The notes under the pieces: model-generated
The model's input: the letters and a program-made list of their open reading frames with translations, nothing else
Databases searched by the model: none
What the model was told of the DNA's origin: nothing
Assembly: GCA_030612025.1 (NCBI GenBank)
Contig: JAUWOR010000008.1
Span: 15,792-79,791 of the forward strand
DNA length: 64,000 nucleotides
Source: Dehalococcoidia bacterium
GTDB taxonomy: Bacteria > Chloroflexota > Dehalococcoidia > GIF9 > AB-539-J10
Direction of reading: 5' to 3'
Part shown: piece after piece, positions 55,755 to 64,000 of the stretch
How positions within the stretch are numbered: position 1 is the first letter of the stretch
How the letters are laid out: each line of letters starts with the position of its first letter
Translations under genes and position numbers: made by a program

Positions 55755-57404
55755 GTGTCTGAGCAGAAAAGCAAGAATCCACAATTAAAGAAACCCAAAT
55801 CAGAAGTACTCAAAGGGCATAAAAAGGTTGGGACCAAATATTTGCCCCCTCTTATGACATATCTCAAGCTAGTGCCTATTAGTTGGGCTCATGATATGCT
55901 CCCAGAACTTCTATGGTTAGCTTTATTGAGCGACCAACTGGGGTATCGCGTAGCCATACAAAAAGCAATTCGACTTTCGGATATTATGAATACTATAGTA
56001 CAGGAGCCAAGAAAGGGCGGGTTCAATTTGGCTTCTGACTTTAATAAAACACTTCAAAGTGAACGTGTTGAGGTCAAGTCCAAGATAGATGGTGGCCTAA
56101 CAAACTCGTTGGACTCCTGTGTCGGATTAATAGCAAAGTTTTATCCAGAGTTGCCAATGAAATGGCTGGTATCAGAAAAATGGATGAAGGAGACTAGTGT
56201 TGGATTGGATGGGCTTGAACAGATTAAGAATGCCATCAGGACACGCGTTGATAGAACCAGCAAACTTGCAATGGAGTGTCAAGTATTAGCGTTTGTAATG
56301 GAAGGTAAAGCCGGCAAGTTGAAGGTTCATTCAGAGATTGCACATGATCTTAACCTAATATCAGAATATCCCAATTCTGACGAAAGCCGTAGGATGGCTG
56401 CTCAAGTCAGGGCTGCCTTGAACGCTCTTCTTATGCACCGTAAGAAACCTCGCATTTGGCCAAACTATTTTTGGCGACACTCTTGGGAAATATCACTATG
56501 CGAATACCGTTCCAAAAATAAGGACTTTGAAAAGTCTTATCCAGATGTCAACGAGGCCGCGGAACCAGAGGCCGCGGTCATCCCAGCTGTTAATAAGAGT
56601 TTTGAATTTGGGCGGCAATTCGAAGATATGACTCAGACAGAACTACAAAACTTGTGGAATGATGCAAAAATTGATCTTGCTGATCCTACTAGGCACGATG
56701 TTATTATTGGCCTATTAGCGAGGAATTTACAGTTGGCATGCGATATTGTGCAAAACCCAGGTCTTTGGATTATGCCGATATCAGCTATTCTTGTAAGGTG
56801 TATGATTGAAACACAGATTAGGCTGACGTGGCTTATTAAATGTGGGAATGATATGGACTTCAAGGATTATGTAGAGTATGGGCTTGGGCAAGAAAAGTTA
56901 TATGTAGAACATTTGAAGCGCCTGTCACTTGAAGATCGCCTTGACAAACAAGAAATCACCGAAGATATTGAAGGGCGGGAGAAGTGGATAAATGCGCAGC
57001 GATTTACCTTTCTGTTACCTGTTGATGTTGGTGGGGGTAACAAAGGCAAGAACCTTCGCGTTATGGCAGAGGAAGCTGGCATACTTGACCTGCATAGACT
57101 AGGATATAGCCCACTATCATCGGCTGTGCACGGGCATTGGAATACTATCGCACGATTGAACTTAACTCCTTGTTTAAATCCATTACATGGTCAACACTGG
57201 CTTCCAACTCTACCGCAACGTCCAATTAGTTTATTTTTCGTTTTTGATGCGGTTAATTGTTACTCCGCGTGCTTTGAGCTGGTAAGCCTAGCACTTACAG
57301 GTAAAAAGAAGGAAAGCGAAGCAGTACTAAGCTATTTAAAGCGAATGCGGGAAGTATTTAATTCTCCTCCTGAGCGTAGTGGAGGAAGTGATAGTACCAA
57401 TTAG
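55755..57404 (+). CDS. orphan 549-aa protein, unknown function; the helical C-terminal half is faintly DUF5677-like (from memory)
   Basis: Long ORF transcribed divergently from mod. Visibly lower GC than its neighbours. GTG start without a clear SD, so the start is uncertain. Confidence 0.65.
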   Translation: MSEQKSKNPQLKKPKSEVLKGHKKVGTKYLPPLMTYLKLVPISWAHDMLPELLWLALLSDQLGYRVAIQKAIRLSDIMNTIVQEPRKGGFNLASDFNKTLQSERVEVKSKIDGGLTNSLDSCVGLIAKFYPELPMKWLVSEKWMKETSVGLDGLEQIKNAIRTRVDRTSKLAMECQVLAFVMEGKAGKLKVHSEIAHDLNLISEYPNSDESRRMAAQVRAALNALLMHRKKPRIWPNYFWRHSWEISLCEYRSKNKDFEKSYPDVNEAAEPEAAVIPAVNKSFEFGRQFEDMTQTELQNLWNDAKIDLADPTRHDVIIGLLARNLQLACDIVQNPGLWIMPISAILVRCMIETQIRLTWLIKCGNDMDFKDYVEYGLGQEKLYVEHLKRLSLEDRLDKQEITEDIEGREKWINAQRFTFLLPVDVGGGNKGKNLRVMAEEAGILDLHRLGYSPLSSAVHGHWNTIARLNLTPCLNPLHGQHWLPTLPQRPISLFFVFDAVNCYSACFELVSLALTGKKKESEAVLSYLKRMREVFNSPPERSGGSDSTN

Positions 57405-57542
57405 CCAAAATGTGTCCTCAATTATCTATAGTGCCATGTTCGCTATCTACATCGCTATGATACAATTATAAAAAGGGGCTGCGAGAGTAATTCTCGCAGG
57501 AGGTGGACTATCACAGTTAGGGACAGCATACCGTGCCCAGCC

Positions 57543-57761
57543 TTGGGTTGTGGAAAGAGTTTTAGCTCTTTTCTGAACCTTGCAAGACACATGACCATGA
57601 CTGGCAGGCCTAGTGCTACACGTTCCAGTAGCGAAGAAATCAATTGGTTAGAAGATCATCTCGGCGAGGACTTCGTTGAGTTTGGATGGAAGTCTGACAA
57701 GAAAATAGCCATTGCTTTGAGAAGGCTATGGAAAGCCAACGACAACAGGTGGCCGCAGTAA
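57543..57761 (+). CDS. small hypothetical protein; the frame is open upstream to a strong SD with no canonical start
   Basis: AGGAGG at 57498-57503 is followed 6 nt later by an in-frame ATC (57510). The extended product begins ..IPCPALGCGKSFSSFLNLARHM (C-x4-C..H, zinc-finger-like). Confidence 0.3.
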   Translation: MGCGKSFSSFLNLARHMTMTGRPSATRSSSEEINWLEDHLGEDFVEFGWKSDKKIAIALRRLWKANDNRWPQ

Positions 57762-57849
57762 TACTTAACTTGGTTAAGAGCAACAATCCATCGGAATGTT
57801 TTTTGGTGCTTGAAGCGTGCTACGGGGAGTAGCCCGATAGATCCTTAGC

Positions 57850-58734
57850 TTACCATAGCATAGCCACGTAGCTACTCAGAGGCACCCCGAGCGAATCTGC
57901 TACAGGTTTACACTTCGCCATAAGGCAATAGAAAAACTTCCCTTGTTTGGGAAGCTCACTCAAGGCTTCATAATGACCCATCCCTTTAGCAAATATCAGG
58001 TCGGCTGATTCAAACTCCTGCTTGAACTGAGTTGAGGCCAAGGTAAAAATTATTCCCGGCGAGGCTACACCAGTAGTTATGACCCTCCCAAAGTCATTTT
58101 CCAAGCCAGCATTGCTAATATCCTCCAGAGTAGCATCATTCTGAACCGGTAAGGGCTTAACTACGTAGATAACATCAGCAAATTGCCTCATCTTTTTGAC
58201 TAAAGGCAAGTCGAAGTAAATTTCACCAGCATTATCAGCCAAATATAAAATTTTGCTTGCCTTTCTTAACCTCGCTTCAAATCGTTGTGAGTCATCTATG
58301 GCGAAGTTTACCGGTTTCCTTATATCGTCCTTGATGATGCTCGGCTGTCTGAAGAAATCTATGGCATTCGCTGCAGCGGCGAGTTTAAGACAACCCTCAA
58401 AATCATCCTTATAGAGATTGCTTCGCTTCCTGCCACGCCTTCGGCTCGCAGCTTCGGCTCGCAATGACAGCTCAGGGTATAATTCCCTAGCAATTGCCAT
58501 CTCCTTCTCTTTCATCCTCCGATAAGGGTCAGGATTGTGGGTTATTTCCTTTATCACCTGATGAATCTTAGTAGCAATCACAATAGATATCTGGTCATAG
58601 GAAAATTCATCATCCAGAATTCTCAGAGCTTCTTCTATTGCCTTCTGTTTAAGCAAGTTATTATCAGTTGCTAAAGTAGCAGCTTGATGAATTAACCTTT
58701 GCAAACACTGATAGCATTCCAGTGAAATTTTCAC
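57850..58734 (-). CDS. DUF89 (ARMT1-like damage-control phosphatase) family protein carrying an in-frame REP-element insertion
   Basis: MKISLECYQCLQRL.., ..AAAANAIDF.., ..KGMGHYEAL... The segment ELSLRAEAASRRRGRKRSNL is encoded by the 60-nt repeat at 58414-58473. Confidence 0.75.
   Translation of the reverse strand: MKISLECYQCLQRLIHQAATLATDNNLLKQKAIEEALRILDDEFSYDQISIVIATKIHQVIKEITHNPDPYRRMKEKEMAIARELYPELSLRAEAASRRRGRKRSNLYKDDFEGCLKLAAAANAIDFFRQPSIIKDDIRKPVNFAIDDSQRFEARLRKASKILYLADNAGEIYFDLPLVKKMRQFADVIYVVKPLPVQNDATLEDISNAGLENDFGRVITTGVASPGIIFTLASTQFKQEFESADLIFAKGMGHYEALSELPKQGKFFYCLMAKCKPVADSLGVPLSSYVAMLW
58414..58473. repeat. 60-nt REP-like element inside the DUF89 coding sequence
   Basis: GAGATTGCTTCGCTTCCTGCCACGCCTTCGGCTCGCAGCTTCGGCTCGCAATGACAGCTC versus 34810-34869. 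Confidence 0.75.
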
Positions 58735-58759
58735 TTCACCTCCTGGTTCAAAAAGAAAG

Positions 58760-58864
58760 CCTAAGATTCTTCACCATCGTTCAGTCACCTTTTCCTTGTC
58801 ATTCTGACAAACTGAAGCAGAATGAAGGGCATCAGAGATTCTTCGCCTACGGCTCAGAATGACA
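58760..58864. repeat. REP-like dispersed repeat
   Basis: AAGATTCTTCACC..GTCATTCTGACAAACTGAAGCAGAATGAAGG..GAGATTCTTCGCCTACGGCTCAGAATGACAG. Confidence 0.6.
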
Positions 58865-58954
58865 GAGAATAAGGTTATCAAACACTCCCCTTAAATTTGA
58901 GTGACCTGCACTACTATATTATAATAACTGAAAAACAACCAGTGGGTGTGGGCT

Positions 58955-60025
58955 ATGCTTGATAAATTGGAATTAATACAGAAGCGCTATGAAGAGCTAA
59001 CTCGGCTGATAGCTCAACCCGAAATAGCCACTGAACCAAAGCAAGTACAGGAGCTAACCAGAGAGAGAGCTAGCCTCGAAGACATCGTCAACACATACCA
59101 AGAATACAAGGCTAACTCTAAAGAGTTAGCCGAAATGGTGGCTTTGCGCGACAGCACTACAGAGGAAGACTTGATAGCTCTCATTAAGGAGGAAACGAGC
59201 AAGCTTAAACAACACCAGGATGATCTCCTTCGCCAACTCAAACTCTCTTTACTGCCCAAAGACCAGCTAGCTAATAAAGATGTCATCATTGAAATAAGAG
59301 CTGGTGCTGGTGGTGAAGAGGCAAGCCTTTTTGCTGCCGACCTATTCCGTATGTATAGCCGCTATGCCCAAAATAAAGGCTGGGAAGTAAACATTATCAA
59401 TAGCAACCAGAGTGAAATCGGAGGCTTCAAGGAAGTAATATTTGAGGTTAAAGGTAAAGGCGCCTTTAGTCAATTAAAGTACGAGCGTGGCGTTCACCGA
59501 GTGCAAAGAGTGCCTCTCACTGAGGCTTCTGGACGAATACACACCTCCACAACCACTGTAGCTGTTCTACCCGAAGCAGAAGAAATTGAGCTGAACATCA
59601 ACCCAGATGACCTCAAAATGCAATTCTTCCACAGCCATGGCGCTGGAGGACAGAATGTAAACAAAGTAACTACAGCAGTTCGCATTACGCATCTGCCCAG
59701 CGGCATAGTAGCTACTTGTCAAGATGAGCGCTCCCAAGTAAGAAACAGAATGAAAGCCATGGCAGTACTCCGAGCCAGGCTATTTGACTTAAGACAGCGC
59801 AAGCAATCTGAAGAGATAGATAGACAACGAAGAACTCAAGTAGGCAGTGGCCAGCGGGCAGAGAAAATACGCACCTATAACTTCCCACAAGAGCGTGTTA
59901 CCGACCACCGCATCAATTCAACTTTCCACAATCTGAGCCAGATTTTGGACGGAGAACTCGATGAAATCATCGAAGCTCTGTCTGCTAAAGAGCAAGTTGA
60001 ACAATTAGAAGCAGTCCTTTCATGA
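58955..60025 (+). CDS. prfA: peptide chain release factor 1
   Basis: RVQRVPLTEASGRIHTS (P-x-T) and the GGQ motif HGAGGQNVNKV. The ATG at 58955 gives MLDKLELIQKRYEEL. Confidence 0.9.
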   Translation: MLDKLELIQKRYEELTRLIAQPEIATEPKQVQELTRERASLEDIVNTYQEYKANSKELAEMVALRDSTTEEDLIALIKEETSKLKQHQDDLLRQLKLSLLPKDQLANKDVIIEIRAGAGGEEASLFAADLFRMYSRYAQNKGWEVNIINSNQSEIGGFKEVIFEVKGKGAFSQLKYERGVHRVQRVPLTEASGRIHTSTTTVAVLPEAEEIELNINPDDLKMQFFHSHGAGGQNVNKVTTAVRITHLPSGIVATCQDERSQVRNRMKAMAVLRARLFDLRQRKQSEEIDRQRRTQVGSGQRAEKIRTYNFPQERVTDHRINSTFHNLSQILDGELDEIIEALSAKEQVEQLEAVLS

Positions 60026-60873
60026 CTTCAAGCGAAACTTTATATTTAGCTGGCCACATATTATCTACGGCAAGAATTGACGATGCTTCTATCGAGGCTG
60101 AACTTTTACTATGCCATGTCCTGGGAATAGCAAAAACGCAGCTATATAGTGAACCAGCGCGGCTATTAACCTTGGCAGAAATAAATCACTTATGGCATCT
60201 CCTTCAGCGTCGTCTTCTCCACGAGCCCACCGCTTACATCTTAAAGTGTTGCCAATTCTATGGCATCAACTTTTACATTGACAATCGTGTTTCTATCCCC
60301 AGGCCAGAGACAGAGCTTTTAGTGGAAAAGGCTGTTGAGTTTGCTAAACAACGCTTCCCCCTAGGAAACCCTATCATAGCTGACATTGGCACCGGCAGCG
60401 GGAATATCGCTATCAGCCTTGCCTTGGCACTTCCTAAAGCTAAAATCTATGCTACAGACATTTCAGCTTCAGCTCTCGAGGTAGCTGGTATGAATTGCCA
60501 GCATCATAAGCTTGACAGCCAAGTAGAACTTCTCCAAGGCAATTTGCTTGAACCATTACCCCAACCTGTAAATGTCATAGTGGCTAACCTTCCTTACATC
60601 AAGGATTCTGAACTGAAGGCACTAAGTCTAGAAATAATAAATTTCGAGCCAATAATAGCTTTAGCCGGTGGCGAGGATGGCCTGGATAAGATACGCTGCC
60701 TTTTAGCTCAAATTCCAGGGGAAATTTGCCCTGAGGGAAGCCTGTTCCTAGAGGTAGGTCAAGCCCAAGACAAAGTAGTAAGCTCGATTATAAATGATTA
60801 TTTCCCCCAAGCCAGTATTGAGTTAATTCCTGACTTAAGCGGTATTAACAGGGTAGTAAAGGTTATACTATAA
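60022..60873 (+). CDS. prmC: release-factor glutamine N5-methyltransferase PrmC/HemK
   Basis: DIGTGSGNIAISLA motif I and VANLPYI (NPPY-type motif). 4-nt overlap with prfA. Confidence 0.85.
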   Translation: MTSSETLYLAGHILSTARIDDASIEAELLLCHVLGIAKTQLYSEPARLLTLAEINHLWHLLQRRLLHEPTAYILKCCQFYGINFYIDNRVSIPRPETELLVEKAVEFAKQRFPLGNPIIADIGTGSGNIAISLALALPKAKIYATDISASALEVAGMNCQHHKLDSQVELLQGNLLEPLPQPVNVIVANLPYIKDSELKALSLEIINFEPIIALAGGEDGLDKIRCLLAQIPGEICPEGSLFLEVGQAQDKVVSSIINDYFPQASIELIPDLSGINRVVKVIL

Positions 60874-60885
60874 AAGACTGAGGAT

Positions 60886-61650
60886 ATGGAGATTGACTTA
60901 TTATGCGACCTAATTCTGCAGGCTAAAAAGATTGTAGTTTTCACCGGCGCCGGTGTGAGCACTGAATCAGGGATACCAGATTTCCGCAGCCCAGGAGGAA
61001 TCTGGGACAAATATGACCCCGATGAGTTCACCATTCAAAAGTTTCTCAGCAGTGCAGAAGCTCGCAGAAAACACTGGAAGATGCTCAGTGAAAGCAGCCT
61101 TATTACAGAAACCAAGCCAAATCCCGCCCATTACGCTATCGCCGAGCTTGATAGATTAGGTAAGCTGGATTGCGTCATCACTCAAAATGTGGATAACCTC
61201 CATCAAAAGGCAGGAGTACCTGAGAACAAGGTGTTTGAGCTTCACGGTAATATGAAATGGACGATATGCTTAAGCTGCCACCAACGCTTTCTTACGGAAG
61301 AGCTATTACAAAGAATAAAGCAAGAAACCGATGTCCTTGCTTGCCCCAACTGTCAGGGCATTTTGAAACCAGATGTCGTTCTATTCGGTGAGGCACTACC
61401 CGAGAAAACATTGACAAAGGCCACTCGCCGCTCACAGAACTGTGACCTTCTAATCATTATAGGCTCTACGCTCGTTATTTATCCCGCGGCTTATATACCA
61501 ATGTATGCCAAAAATGCCGGAGCTAAGCTAGCTATTATTAACCTTAGCACCACTCCCCTTGACCATTATGCTACGTTAGTCATTCACGGCAAAGCTGGCG
61601 AAATAATGTCAAGGGTCATAGAAAAGGTTAAACTTTCCCAGCTAAAGTGA
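60886..61650 (+). CDS. NAD-dependent protein deacylase (Sir2 family)
   Basis: GAGVSTESGIPDFRSPGG, QNVDNLH, Zn module CLSC..CPNC. Confidence 0.85.
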   Translation: MEIDLLCDLILQAKKIVVFTGAGVSTESGIPDFRSPGGIWDKYDPDEFTIQKFLSSAEARRKHWKMLSESSLITETKPNPAHYAIAELDRLGKLDCVITQNVDNLHQKAGVPENKVFELHGNMKWTICLSCHQRFLTEELLQRIKQETDVLACPNCQGILKPDVVLFGEALPEKTLTKATRRSQNCDLLIIIGSTLVIYPAAYIPMYAKNAGAKLAIINLSTTPLDHYATLVIHGKAGEIMSRVIEKVKLSQLK

Positions 61651-61732
61651 ATAGGCACCTCACTAGTCTCAAGGCAAAGTTACCGCCAGTAATATAGTCG
61701 TTGTTTCACCCTATGGAGGTCGATTTCCATGC

Positions 61733-62500
61733 CTAGGTTACTGTTTTTCGAATACGCTTAATGTCCACCGCCTTACCAGTATCTTCATTCACTTCGATCA
61801 AGATGGCATTGAAGTCAACAATCCCCTTCCCCACTGACAAACGTCCAGGTATTTGGGAGAGAAAACGATTAATTACATTGTTCGCATCATCACCAATGAT
61901 CGAGTCCATAGGACCAACCATGCCTATATCAGTAACATAAGCGGTACCTCTGGGCAATATACGAGCATCAATAGTACCTACATGAGTATGTGTGCCGAGC
62001 ACGGCACTAACTCGACCATCGAGATACCAACCCATTGCCACTTTCTCCGAAGTTGCCTCGGCATGAAAGTCAACAATGATAACATTTGTTTTATCTTTAA
62101 ACTCAGCTAACAATTTGTCCATAGCTCGAAAGGGGCAATCGAAATTGCCAATGAAAGTGCGCCCCATAAGATTAACAACTAAAACATTGTCCCGGAACCA
62201 ATAGCCACGGCCGCGAGACGCTGGAGGGTAGTTCAGTGGGCGGAGAATAGACGAATTACCATCCAGATAAGGGAGAAGCTCCTTATGGGCCCAGATGTGA
62301 TTGCCCGAAGTAATTACATCGATGCTTGAATCAAAAAGCTCCTGTGCTGTGTTTGGAGTTAACCCTATACCACCGGCAGCATTCTCACCGTTGCCTATTA
62401 CCAAATCAAGCTCATATTCACGATGCAAGCTTGGTAGCAATTTCCTCACAGCGTTTCTACCAGGCTTGCCAATAATGTCGCCTATTACTAATATCTTCAG
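61733..62500 (-). CDS. ymdB: YmdB-type metallophosphoesterase (TIGR00282 family); probable non-canonical (CTG) start
   Basis: ..NGENAAGG.., ..DFHAEATSEK.., ..GTHTHV... The first canonical start (GTG at 62449) would delete the conserved N-terminal KILVIGDIIGKPGR metal-binding motif, which is open in frame upstream. Lies directly downstream of rny, as in Bacillus. Confidence 0.75.
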   Translation of the reverse strand: MKILVIGDIIGKPGRNAVRKLLPSLHREYELDLVIGNGENAAGGIGLTPNTAQELFDSSIDVITSGNHIWAHKELLPYLDGNSSILRPLNYPPASRGRGYWFRDNVLVVNLMGRTFIGNFDCPFRAMDKLLAEFKDKTNVIIVDFHAEATSEKVAMGWYLDGRVSAVLGTHTHVGTIDARILPRGTAYVTDIGMVGPMDSIIGDDANNVINRFLSQIPGRLSVGKGIVDFNAILIEVNEDTGKAVDIKRIRKTVT

Positions 62501-62503
62501 TTT

Positions 62504-62529
62504 GCTTCGTCCCCTCGCAATGACATTGC
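62504..62529. repeat. short REP-like element between rny and ymdB
   Basis: GCTTCGTCCCCTCGCAATGACATTGC. Confidence 0.4.
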
Positions 62530-62544
62530 TTTGCCCAAACCATC

Positions 62545-64000
62545 TTACTTAGCATAGTCTACGGCTACGGTCTCTCGCAGCACTATTACTTTTATTTGAC
62601 CAGGGTAAGTCAGGCTTTCTTCTATTTTCTTAGAAATGTCCCGAACCAGCCTAATAGCTGTCAAATCATCAATTTCCTCAGGTTTCACCAAAACACGTAC
62701 TTCCCGCCCAGCCTGAATAGCAAAGGCTTTCTCGACCCCAGGGAAACTACTAGCTATATCCTCCAATTCCTCAATCCGCTTTAGATATTGCTGCAAAGAC
62801 TCACGTCTAGCACCAGGACGTGAACCACTTATAGCATCGGCAGCAGCAACAATAAAGCCCATAACACTGGATGTTGAAGCTTCGCCATGATGCTCAGCAA
62901 CAGCTTGAGTTACTTCAGCAGATTTATCCCACTGTTTAACCAAATCAGCACCTATCAAGGCGTGAGAACCCCCCACTTCATAACTCACCGCCTTCCCAAT
63001 ATCGTGAAGCAATCCCGCCCTTCTAGCTACACCGGCATCGGCCCCAATTTCATCAGCCAGCATACCAGCTAGATGGGAAACCTCGAGGCTATGAAGTAAA
63101 ACATTCTGCCCATAACTAGTACGGAATTTAAGCTGACCAAGTAACTTGATCAATTCCGGATGTAACCCTGGTACTCCACCCTCATAAGCAGCCCGTTCAC
63201 CCTCATTGCGGATTATAACTTCAACTTCAGTCTTAGATTTTTCCACCACCTCCTCAATCCGAGCCGGATGAATACGCCCATCAAGGATAAGCCTATTCAG
63301 AGCAATGCGAGCTATCTCACGCCTTACTGGGTCAAAGCTAGAAATGGTAACTGTTTCCGGAGTATCATCAATAATAAGGTCAACGCCAGTAGCTTGCTCC
63401 AAAGCTCGGATATTACGCCCCTCTCGACCAATAAGCCGCCCCTTCATCTCATCGCTGGGTAAGGAAATGGTAGATACCATGGTCTCAGAAACAACATCGG
63501 TGGTGCACCTCTGGATAGCCGTGGCTAAAACGCGTTGAACTTCTCTATCAGCTTCTTCCTTTACTTGGGCTTCCCATATTCGAACCTGCCGTGAGGCTTC
63601 CTCTTTAACTTCCTGCTCTAGAGCCTGGAGCAGAGAACGCTTTGCTTCATCGCTAGATATGCCAGCCAGGGACTCAAGTTTCGCCAGCTGCTCTTTCCTT
63701 ATCCGCTCGAGCTCAACCTTTGTCCTTTCGATGCCCTTTGCTCTATTATCTAGGTCGCGCTCACGCCGTTCTAAGGAATCTAATTTTCGCCCTAACGCTT
63801 CCTCTTTCTGGTCGAGGCGCCTTTCTAAGCGCTGTGACTGAAGGCGATGCTCCCTACTCTCCGCCTCAGCAGCATTCCTAACCTTGGTGGCTTCCTCTTT
63901 AGCCTCAAGAAGAACTTCCTTATGCTTAGCTGTTGCTTCATCTAATAATCTCCGCGCTTCCTTTTTGGCACTTCGAATCTGCTGATTGGCTACCATCTGC
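62545..64000 (-). CDS. rny: ribonuclease Y (N-terminus probably beyond the window end)
   Basis: Coiled-coil region, KH domain ([11 protein letters not shown]) and HD domain (LLHDIGK). The frame is open to the window edge and the usual N-terminal TM helix is not seen. Confidence 0.9.
   Translation of the reverse strand, partial: QMVANQQIRSAKKEARRLLDEATAKHKEVLLEAKEEATKVRNAAEAESREHRLQSQRLERRLDQKEEALGRKLDSLERRERDLDNRAKGIERTKVELERIRKEQLAKLESLAGISSDEAKRSLLQALEQEVKEEASRQVRIWEAQVKEEADREVQRVLATAIQRCTTDVVSETMVSTISLPSDEMKGRLIGREGRNIRALEQATGVDLIIDDTPETVTISSFDPVRREIARIALNRLILDGRIHPARIEEVVEKSKTEVEVIIRNEGERAAYEGGVPGLHPELIKLLGQLKFRTSYGQNVLLHSLEVSHLAGMLADEIGADAGVARRAGLLHDIGKAVSYEVGGSHALIGADLVKQWDKSAEVTQAVAEHHGEASTSSVMGFIVAAADAISGSRPGARRESLQQYLKRIEELEDIASSFPGVEKAFAIQAGREVRVLVKPEEIDDLTAIRLVRDISKKIEESLTYPGQIKVIVLRETVAVDYAK

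Overview
Bacterial chromosomal segment with moderate GC by eye. The gene content and the dispersed GTCATTGCGAGC / CTCAGAATGAC-type repeats are reminiscent of Chloroflexota (Dehalococcoidia-like) genomes, but taxonomy cannot be verified here.

Core housekeeping blocks:
- comM.
- A classical tRNA(Thr-Tyr-Thr)-tuf-rpmG-secE-nusG-rplKAJL cluster on the minus strand, 2.2-7.2 kb.
- A five-tRNA cluster at 38.2-38.9 kb.
- An RND/MMPL efflux operon.
- A feoAB-dtxR iron module.
- prfA-prmC.
- rny-ymdB.

Interleaved accessory or decaying segments:
1. 9.1-10.05 kb: two broken genes (a double-HTH regulator and a GT4 remnant) next to an intact GT4 + GH15 pair.
2. 13.4-18.0 kb: a run of minus-strand cassette-like units (small membrane protein, VOC/glyoxalase, MarR+MATE, membrane protein). 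They are punctuated by four same-orientation copies of a ~35-nt motif with a palindromic TGTAATTACA core, and the run starts at a degenerate second copy of the comM 5' end.
3. 21.8-23.1 kb: a decayed patch beside tRNA-Leu holding an integrase remnant, a frameshifted lipoprotein and an MBL remnant.
4. 30.98-35.89 kb: a ~4.9-kb island bounded by a 45-nt direct repeat of the 3' part of tRNA-Lys(CTT). It has no integrase. It carries a 1023-aa beta-helix / Ca-repeat surface protein, a pseudo-receiver, two excisionase-type HTH genes and a small zinc-ribbon gene.
5. 48.5-57.8 kb: a defence-type neighbourhood of RNase H-like, macro domain, VapBC and a Type III R-M (mod-res), plus a divergently transcribed, lower-GC orphan 549-aa gene of unknown function.

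Other notable points:
- Four reading frames are interrupted by in-frame TAG codons.
- A REP-like repeat family has one copy inserted in frame into a DUF89 gene.
- EF-Tu carries a Cys4 insertion.
- L7/L12 has a probable N-terminal K/E-rich extension.
- Several sub-60-aa genes are invisible to the ORF track (rpmG and two zinc ribbons).
- No rRNA, CRISPR array or intact transposase was seen.
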